This document shows, one piece after another, positions 7,563 through 13,076 of a DNA stretch of 13,076 bases. How positions within the stretch are numbered: position 1 is the stretch's first letter; every line of letters starts with the position of its first letter. The notes below the pieces were generated by a model. It saw only the letters and a program-made list of their open reading frames with translations, did not search any database and was not told the DNA's origin. The DNA is from Campylobacterales bacterium (GTDB taxonomy: Bacteria; Campylobacterota; Campylobacteria; Campylobacterales; UBA6016), in contig JAINCO010000083.1 of NCBI GenBank assembly GCA_036574095.1, forward strand, positions 1 through 13,076, read 5' to 3'. Made by a program: the position numbers and the translations under genes.

Positions 7563-7587
7563 AAATATTTTTTTAACACCTAACAAG

Positions 7588-7602
7588 ATATAATGATTAT
7601 AC
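7588..7602. promoter_or_regulatory. bcp promoter -10 (TATAAT, 7589-7594) embedded in a 6-1-6 palindrome aTATAAT-G-ATTATAc that resembles a PerR/Fur-family box
   Basis: The 13-bp palindrome TATAATGATTATA (7589-7601) is centred 35 nt upstream of the bcp ATG. The Bacillus-type PerR box consensus is TTATAATNATTATAA, a 7-1-7 repeat. The downstream gene is a peroxiredoxin, a typical peroxide-stress regulon member. Confidence 0.4.
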
Positions 7603-7629
7603 TCAGGAAACTCTTTTTAAGGAGGAGAT

Positions 7630-8106
7630 ATGATGTCGTTATTGGATCTGCCTGCGCCTTCATTTTGTCTGCCAAATGCTGATCAGGTTGAAATCTGTTT
7701 GCGTGATTTACATGGAAAATGGATCATCCTCTATTTTTATCCCAAAGATAACACCCTAGGATGCACGCAAGAGGCGTGTGAATTTACGGCGGCTCTACCC
7801 AACATCGAGCAAGAGAATGGCGTTGTGGTTGGTATTAGCCCTGATTCGCCCAAAAGCCATAGTAATTTTATTGCCAAAAAAGAGTTGGGTATTTTGCTGC
7901 TTTCTGATCAAGAGCGTACTGTGGCAGCAGCCTATGGAGCTTATGGCAAAAAGATGATGTATGGTAAAGAGACAATGGGAATTATCCGTTCAACATTTAT
8001 TATTGATCCAGAGGGAATTGTGCGGGCTGAATGGCGTAATGTCAAGGTTAAAGGGCATGTTGAGGAGGTGGTCAGACGACTTCAAGAGTTGCGTCGTCAC
8101 CAGTAA
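7630..8106 (+). CDS. bcp: Thiol peroxidase Bcp (bacterioferritin comigratory protein; thioredoxin-dependent peroxiredoxin), 158 aa
   Basis: The peroxiredoxin active site is FYPKDNTLGCTQEAC, with a peroxidatic Cys and a resolving Cys 5 residues later (the CxxxxC Bcp/PrxQ type). The AhpC/TSA fold reads ...GISPDSPKSHSNFIAKKELGILLLSDQERTVAAAYG. AAGGAGGA precedes ATGATG at 7630/7633. Confidence 0.9.
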   Translation: MMSLLDLPAPSFCLPNADQVEICLRDLHGKWIILYFYPKDNTLGCTQEACEFTAALPNIEQENGVVVGISPDSPKSHSNFIAKKELGILLLSDQERTVAAAYGAYGKKMMYGKETMGIIRSTFIIDPEGIVRAEWRNVKVKGHVEEVVRRLQELRRHQ

Positions 8107-8267
8107 TAAGGAGCTGTAGAAGATTATTGGCTCTTAAGCTTTTTTGAAGTACAATTTCTTTTCGAGTTGTCGGAAATTCTCACGCGCCTATTCCTTGAAG
8201 GGTTGCTGCTTGGCAGTTAAGGGGTGCGGAGGCCAAACCACATACATAGAAAACAAGGAGAAAACGC

Positions 8268-9062
8268 ATGGTTACCATGAAGGATCTACTCGAGTGCGGC
8301 GTCCATTTTGGACATCAGACGCGCCGCTGGAACCCCAAGATGAAAAAATACATCTTTGGTGTGCGCAAAAATATCCACATTATCGATCTTCAAAAAACTC
8401 TTCGTTACTTTAAATATACCTATACAGTTGTGCGCGATGCAGCTGCTGATGGAAAAACAATTTTATTTGTAGGAACAAAAAAACAGGCCTCTGCTGCGAT
8501 TAAAGAGCATGCAGAACGAGCTAATGTCCCCTATGTCAACTATCGTTGGCTTGGTGGTATGCTGACTAATTTCAAGACCGTCAAGCAGTCGATCCGCAAA
8601 CTTGAGATTTATGAGGAGATGGAAAGATCAGGTCAGATTAATCTTTTGACAAAAAAAGAGGCCTTGATCTTGAGGCGTAAAAAAGAGAAACTTGAAAATT
8701 ATATCGGCGGTATTCGCTACATGAAAGATATCCCTGATATGATCTTTGTTATGGATGCTGTTAAAGAGAAGATTGCTGTTCAGGAAGCGAATCGCCTCGG
8801 TATCCCTGTTGTTGCTCCGCTTGATACCAACTGTGATCCTGATTTGATTCAATATCCTATTCCTGGCAATGACGATGCCATTCGTGCCATTCAGCTTTTC
8901 TGCAAAGAGATCGCTGATGCTATCATCGAAGGGCGCACAATGTGCGAAAAAGGACGCGATGAAGAGGTTGAGCCTGTGACAGAAGAAGAGATGAGTGAAG
9001 TTGCAGAAGAGATCAAAGCTGAGGCTGCAGAAGAGTTTGACGAAGTAAGTGAGGAGGCGTAA
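8268..9062 (+). CDS. rpsB: 30S ribosomal protein S2, 264 aa with an acidic C-terminal tail
   Basis: [41 protein letters not shown]...[10 protein letters not shown]...[16 protein letters not shown]...[33 protein letters not shown] is an unmistakable S2. AAGGAG lies 10 nt upstream of the ATG at 8268. Confidence 0.95.
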   Translation: MVTMKDLLECGVHFGHQTRRWNPKMKKYIFGVRKNIHIIDLQKTLRYFKYTYTVVRDAAADGKTILFVGTKKQASAAIKEHAERANVPYVNYRWLGGMLTNFKTVKQSIRKLEIYEEMERSGQINLLTKKEALILRRKKEKLENYIGGIRYMKDIPDMIFVMDAVKEKIAVQEANRLGIPVVAPLDTNCDPDLIQYPIPGNDDAIRAIQLFCKEIADAIIEGRTMCEKGRDEEVEPVTEEEMSEVAEEIKAEAAEEFDEVSEEA

Positions 9063-9064
9063 TC

Positions 9065-9988
9065 ATGGCTGCTGTGACATCTGAGTTAATTAAAGAGCTA
9101 CGCGAGCGCACCGGTGCCGGTTTGATGGATTGTAAGAAAGCCTTGACTGAAGTAGATGGCGATATCGAAGCAGCTATTGATTGGCTGCGTAAAAAAGGAC
9201 TTGCCACCGCGGCTAAAAAGGCAGGACGTGAAGCGTGCGAGGGTGTTGTAACCGTCAAGATTAGTGATGATTACAAAAAGGGAACCCTGGTTGAAGTTAA
9301 CTGTGAGACAGATTTTGTCGCACAAAATGATGTTTTTAATGAGTTTGCGAAGGAAGTGACCGATCATATTTTTACTGTTGCGCCTACAAGCTTGGAGGAG
9401 TTGGCTGAGAGCCAGATCAAGGGTGTTCAGTTTGCAGATCATTTAAGCGTGGTTATTAGTCGCATTGGTGAGAATATCGTTGTTCGTCGTTTTGCAAGCA
9501 TTGAGGCTGGTGAGAATGGCGTTGTTAATGGTTATATCCATGGTAATGGCAAAATTGGTGTTCTTGTGAGTGCTGCATGCGATAGCGAAAAAACGGCTGC
9601 CCATATTCGCGATGCTCTAAAAGATGTTGCGATGCATATTGCTGCGCTAAATCCCTCTTATTTGGATGAAACCCGCATCCCTGCCGAGGATCTTGCCAGG
9701 GAAGAAGAGATTGCCAAAGAGCAGCTACGCAAAGAGGGTAAACCTGAGGCAATGTGGGATAAGATCATCCCAGGTAAACTGATGAAGTTCAAAAAAGAGA
9801 CCTGCCTTGTCCATCAGCCTTTTGTCAAAGATGATAGCAAGAGCGTCGCGCAATTTGTTTCAGAGAAGGCCAAAGATGTTGGTGGAACAGCAACACTGGC
9901 TGAGTTTATCCGCTTTGAGATGGGCGAGGGTCTGACGAAAAAAGCGTGTGACTTTGCCGCTGAGGTTGCTGCTCAGTTAGGACAATAA
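9065..9988 (+). CDS. tsf: Translation elongation factor Ts, 307 aa
   Basis: The EF-Ts N-terminal UBA-like motif is [24 protein letters not shown]-like (here [40 protein letters not shown]). The dimerisation domain reads [14 protein letters not shown]. The gene starts 2 nt after the rpsB stop, with a GAGGAGG Shine-Dalgarno. The rpsB-tsf operon order is conserved. Confidence 0.95.
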   Translation: [307 protein letters not shown]

Positions 9989-9993
9989 CTACA

Positions 9994-10638
9994 ATGGAAG
10001 GTATGTTGCAAGCAGTTGGCTTGGCACATGCCTTCGACTATCCGCTATTTGATGATCTCTCATTAACGCTTGAGGCTGGCTCTTCGACAGCCATTCTTGG
10101 CCCAAGTGGTAGTGGCAAATCGACACTCCTACATATCCTCTCATCGTTTATTAAGCCAAATCAAGGGAAAGTCTTTTACAACGATCACTCGTTGTATGAG
10201 AGCTCTGATGCCCAACTACAAAAGATAAGACGCAAAGAGTTTGGGATTATTTTTCAGCATCACTATCTTTTTCGAGGTTTTTCAGCCGAAGAGAACCTCT
10301 TGGTGGCATCACTGATTTCTGGTGAGCAGATCGATCGATCGATGTTGGAGGCTTTTGGGGTGGGTCATTTGCTAAAGCAACCTATTCAAACACTCTCTGG
10401 AGGTCAGCAGCAGCGTATTTCGATCGCTCGTGTTCTGACCAAACGCCCTCGCATCATCTTTGCTGATGAGCCAACAGGTAACCTTGATACAACAACTGCA
10501 TCTCATGTGATGCAGAGTGTTCAAGAATATATCAAACAAACAGGCTCTTCTCTTTTTCTTGTGACTCATGATGAGCGGCTGGCGGCTACGTGTGATGTGG
10601 CCTATCGCCTCGAATCAGGGCGTCTTATTCGTCTTTAG
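9994..10638 (+). CDS. ABC transporter ATP-binding protein (LolD/FtsE-like short ATPase), 214 aa; no permease gene is adjacent
   Basis: The protein has a Walker A motif ([11 protein letters not shown]), a Q-loop ([10 protein letters not shown]), an ABC signature ([15 protein letters not shown]), a Walker B motif ([12 protein letters not shown]) and an H-loop (LFLVTHDE). It lies between tsf and fliR, as I recall for C. jejuni Cj1180c. The start could alternatively be the ATG at 10006. Confidence 0.85.
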   Translation: MEGMLQAVGLAHAFDYPLFDDLSLTLEAGSSTAILGPSGSGKSTLLHILSSFIKPNQGKVFYNDHSLYESSDAQLQKIRRKEFGIIFQHHYLFRGFSAEENLLVASLISGEQIDRSMLEAFGVGHLLKQPIQTLSGGQQQRISIARVLTKRPRIIFADEPTGNLDTTTASHVMQSVQEYIKQTGSSLFLVTHDERLAATCDVAYRLESGRLIRL

Positions 10639-10640
10639 CG

Positions 10641-11408
10641 ATGGAGCTTGTTGCATTTTTAACCGATGGACGGGTTGTGGGATTTATTCTTCTTTTTGCG
10701 CGCTTCTCTTCGCTATTAGCCTTTCTTCCCTTTTTTAGCCACATGACGATACCGGTTCAGGTGAAAGCCGCACTGGCTTTTTACCTAACAATTCTCTTTT
10801 TTCCCATGGTACAACCCCCACATTTTCCCTTGACAGCCGGTTATATCATTATTGCTCTTTTAAGTGAGGCTACATTTGGGTTTGTTGTAGGATTGATCCT
10901 TCAGTTTGTACTTGGTTATTTGGTGATGGCGGGCGAAAAAATTTCAATGGTCATGGGCTTTTCGATGGCAAGTACCATCGATCCGATGACCATGCAAAAC
11001 TCACCCATCATCTCTCAATTTCTTAATATGATGGCCCTCATGTTTCTCTTGCTTTTCGATGGACATCATTGGATGATCGAGTTTATTGGCCATAGTCTTA
11101 CTAATATCCCCTTGGGAGGCTTTCTTATAACAGAGGATCTATTCAATGTCTCGATGAAAATGATGGCAAATCTTTTTGCGATTGGCTTTATGATCGCTTT
11201 TCCTATTATGGCATTGTCGCTTCTGTCTGATATTATTTTTGGTATGATCATGAAGACAATACCAACCTTTAACTTGCTTGTCATTGGCTTTCCTGTCAAG
11301 ATTGCCGTTTCAATTCTTGTGCTCATAGCTGTCATGATGCCTATTATGACAATTTTCCAGCGTGAGTTTGAAGCGACGATGGCACTACTTGTACGGCTTT
11401 ACGGTTGA
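10641..11408 (+). CDS. fliR: Flagellar type III export apparatus protein FliR, 255 aa
   Basis: This is a polytopic membrane protein: ...FARFSSLLAFLPFFSHMTIPVQVKAALAFYLTILFFP...GFVVGLILQFVLGYLVMAGEKISMVMGFSMASTIDPMT...LGGFLITEDLF... are FliR/SctT-family motifs. It starts 2 nt after the stop of the ABC ATPase gene. Confidence 0.9.
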   Translation: MELVAFLTDGRVVGFILLFARFSSLLAFLPFFSHMTIPVQVKAALAFYLTILFFPMVQPPHFPLTAGYIIIALLSEATFGFVVGLILQFVLGYLVMAGEKISMVMGFSMASTIDPMTMQNSPIISQFLNMMALMFLLLFDGHHWMIEFIGHSLTNIPLGGFLITEDLFNVSMKMMANLFAIGFMIAFPIMALSLLSDIIFGMIMKTIPTFNLLVIGFPVKIAVSILVLIAVMMPIMTIFQREFEATMALLVRLYG

Positions 11409-11470
11409 GGTGGGTTTAATCAAAAAGATATTAGAATAACCACATTCAAGAAAAGATTGCGGGGCGTAGA

Positions 11471-13015
11471 ATGAAACTGCTGTTGTTGGCTGAAAATGCG
11501 ACCGTCAGAAGGTTGGTTGAACTAAGTGCCGGAAAAGTTGGCATCGAGGTTCTTGAGTTCGCTCCCGATTCGCTTCCTGATACTTCTGTCGATTTTCTTG
11601 CCATCGAGATGGAGCTTGTGACTGACGCGCTACAAGAGGAGATTGCAACGCACTATCCTCAAGCTCAGAAAATCCTCATTATGCCGCGTGATGCTCAGAA
11701 AATGGCAGGGTTTGACCATTTTATCAAAAAGCCGTTTCTTCCGACTGAGCTTGTCGATCTTTTTAATGCTCATATGCCCAAGAGTGACGTTGACTGGGTA
11801 GAGAGGTCAACTTTTGCTCAGCCCTCTTTGGTTGATAAAAATGAGGAGCCAAGCGATAAGATCGATCTTGATGCGTTGGCACTAACAAGCTTGAGTAAAG
11901 AGCCAGCGAGCGATCGAGCGGAAGATCTTGATGATCTTTTGGAAAGTCATACCCAAGATGTGGATCAATCAGTTAGTGAAGAGCATCTGGGTGAGGGGTT
12001 AGGTGAGCTTGAAGAGATTGGTTTGATAGATGAAGGCGAAAATGAAGCGACATTAGATCAAGTAGGCGGACAAAGCGATCTTTCGTGGGATGAGTTGGGT
12101 GAGGAGAGTCAGTTAGCTGATAGCAGTGATTTTGGTGACACAGAGGCTCTTAGCGAACCTTCAGCTAATGAGGAGACAGTTAGTTTAGATGCTGATAGCA
12201 AGACAGAGCAAAAGCTAGAGGAAGCTTGGGATGAGACGCTCTCTACTGATATCGATGATATATTTGCTTCAGAGAGTGAAGTTAACACAGAGAGTGTTGC
12301 TGGCGATAGGGAAGCGCTTGAGCAGATGCAGCATGTTGGGTTTGATTTAAGTAATGAGGAATTTGGTGAGCGCTCCTTGGAATCTGCTGCGGTTTGTGAG
12401 GAGAGTGGATTTGATCTTTTGGGTGATCATATCCAATCTGAAGAAGAGGTATCACAGTTGAATGATTGGGATGGTGTTGAGTTGACAACGGATCTCTCTG
12501 GCGAACTTGCTCATGATGAAATGGCGCAGCCTGTTACGATGAGTGAGAATGAGGTTTCAACGACTATTCTGGATGTTAGTGATCTGAATGAGATCAAGAA
12601 GTTATTGGATGATGACGAGCCATTTGAATTAGAGCCGATTGACAAGGAGAGTGAACATGAAAGCGGGGAAGAGAGGATGTTAGAGTCGCAAGAGGATGAA
12701 TTTGCACAATTAAGCGAAAGTGAACTGGCAGAGGCTTTAGGAGAGGTTTTAGAGCAGAAGAGCGAGATCGTTGAGAAGGAGGTGCAAGATGAGAATATTG
12801 TGCATCCTGAAGATGATTTGGTGTCTAACGAGAGAAGTGATGATATAGTGACAACGTGCGCAGCTTTACCAGATGAGACTGCCGCATCTGTGCAGCGTCA
12901 GGTGGCCGAACAGCTTTCGACCTTGTTGGCAGGCATACCTGTTGAAAAGCTGCGCGAAGTTCTTAACGGTATGCAGGTGACAATAACGCTTTCATTTCCG
13001 GAGAAACGTTCGTGA
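11471..13015 (+). CDS. Highly acidic, low-complexity (D/E/S-rich) protein with an N-terminal receiver (REC)-like domain lacking the phospho-acceptor Asp, 514 aa; conserved uncharacterised family adjacent to gmk in Campylobacterota (cf. C. jejuni 'highly acidic protein', H. pylori 'poly E-rich protein')
   Basis: Residues 1-105 align by eye with CheY: KLLLLAENATVRRLVEL vs KFLVVDDFSTMRRIV, DFLAIEMEL vs FVISDWNMP, and KKPF vs VKPF. The acid-pocket DD is EN here, and Asp57 is Glu. About 340 residues follow that are dominated by D/E/S and carry repeated acidic blocks (ESELAEALGEVLEQ, DxDxL). The tail is less acidic: TTCAALPDETAASVQRQVAEQLSTLLAGIPVEKLREVLNGMQVTITL. The stop overlaps the gmk GTG start (GTGA). 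Confidence 0.8.
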   Translation: MKLLLLAENATVRRLVELSAGKVGIEVLEFAPDSLPDTSVDFLAIEMELVTDALQEEIATHYPQAQKILIMPRDAQKMAGFDHFIKKPFLPTELVDLFNAHMPKSDVDWVERSTFAQPSLVDKNEEPSDKIDLDALALTSLSKEPASDRAEDLDDLLESHTQDVDQSVSEEHLGEGLGELEEIGLIDEGENEATLDQVGGQSDLSWDELGEESQLADSSDFGDTEALSEPSANEETVSLDADSKTEQKLEEAWDETLSTDIDDIFASESEVNTESVAGDREALEQMQHVGFDLSNEEFGERSLESAAVCEESGFDLLGDHIQSEEEVSQLNDWDGVELTTDLSGELAHDEMAQPVTMSENEVSTTILDVSDLNEIKKLLDDDEPFELEPIDKESEHESGEERMLESQEDEFAQLSESELAEALGEVLEQKSEIVEKEVQDENIVHPEDDLVSNERSDDIVTTCAALPDETAASVQRQVAEQLSTLLAGIPVEKLREVLNGMQVTITLSFPEKRS

Positions 13016-13076
13016 GCGGTTCAATTCTTGTGGTCTCAGGGCCTAGCGGGAGTGGTAAAACAAGCTTGACGCGCCA
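13012..13076 (+). CDS. gmk: Guanylate kinase, first 21 codons (GTG start overlapping the upstream stop); continues beyond the window end
   Basis: My own translation from the GTG at 13012 gives VSGSILVVSGPSGSGKTSLTR, which is the guanylate kinase N-terminal P-loop (LVxSGPSGxGKxTL). The position after the acidic protein matches the C. jejuni and H. pylori arrangement as I recall it. Confidence 0.6.
   Translation, partial: MSGSILVVSGPSGSGKTSLTR

Noticed and set aside
7503-7586. The 28-codon N-terminal extension of the recombinase-like ORF (TTG start; MLGVKKIFLTILLTLVLTFIVNRAKIPV), which would look like a transmembrane helix
   Set aside because: The hydrophobic stretch is the translation of the TTGACG/TTGACT repeats and the AT-rich promoter DNA. 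It has no ribosome-binding site, and resolvase homology begins exactly at the internal Met. A membrane-anchored resolvase is implausible.
6819-7629. The idea of an active invertase flipping a promoter segment (phase-variable switch) controlling ccoG or bcp
   Set aside because: I found no flanking inverted repeats resembling hix, gix or res sites around the intergenic region, and the protein seems to lack key catalytic residues. A DNA-binding role for a recombination-dead protein seems more likely.
8107-8145. Possible intrinsic terminator after bcp (GCTCTTAAGC followed by TTTTTT at 8130-8145)
   Set aside because: The stem is only 3-4 bp (CTTAAG and AGCT self-complementarity), which is too weak to call. 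The T-run may instead belong to the AT-rich rpsB promoter region.
8144-8413. Plus-strand ORF 8144-8413 (89 aa)
   Set aside because: It overlaps the rpsB start and leader in another frame. rpsB is unambiguous and has a proper ribosome-binding site, whereas this ORF has neither a ribosome-binding site nor any homology signal.
11409-11470. Sigma54 (-24 GG / -12 GC) or sigma28 promoter upstream of the acidic-protein gene, which would tie it to the flagellar regulon
   Set aside because: TTGC is present near 11455-11458, but no GG sits at the required ~10-nt upstream spacing. There is no TAAA-N15-CGAT arrangement either, so I found no convincing match.
1-13076. tRNA, rRNA, CRISPR array, IS element or phase-variable homopolymer tracts
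   Set aside because: I found no T-loop or acceptor-stem-like sequences in the intergenic regions, no regularly spaced repeat-spacer arrays, no transposase-like ORFs or terminal inverted repeats, and no homopolymer run longer than 7 nt.

Overview
This 13 kb window looks like an ordinary housekeeping region from a Campylobacterota (epsilonproteobacterial)-type genome. Genes are tightly packed and there are no rRNA, tRNA, CRISPR or insertion-sequence signals. I assign 14 coding regions. Three on the minus strand form a translationally coupled trio with overlapping stops and starts: branched-chain aminotransferase (ilvE), an SPFH/band-7 prohibitin-like membrane protein, and the 5' part of bifunctional hisIE (start at 659-661, runs off the window start). 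The plus strand has an NAD(P)-aldehyde dehydrogenase and the chemotaxis protein CheV (CheW-like domain plus receiver). The minus strand carries the cbb3-oxidase assembly ferredoxin CcoG/FixG. A serine-recombinase (resolvase/invertase)-like ORF sits immediately upstream of ccoG and overlaps its start. The plus strand then has the thiol peroxidase Bcp, rpsB, tsf, an orphan ABC ATP-binding protein, fliR, a 514-aa extremely acidic (D/E/S-rich) protein with a receiver-like N-terminus, and the first 21 codons of guanylate kinase (gmk). As far as I recall, the rpsB-tsf-ABC-fliR-acidic protein-gmk order matches Campylobacter jejuni Cj1182c-Cj1177c. The most unusual element is the recombinase-like gene. 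Its fold and C-terminal helix-turn-helix are clearly resolvase-like, but it appears to lack most catalytic residues, and it is probably co-transcribed with ccoG. Its upstream divergent intergenic region holds three direct GTCAA repeats at exact 12-bp spacing. A 6-1-6 PerR/Fur-box-like palindrome lies at the bcp promoter. All calls come from reading the six-frame translations and motifs by eye. No database search was possible.
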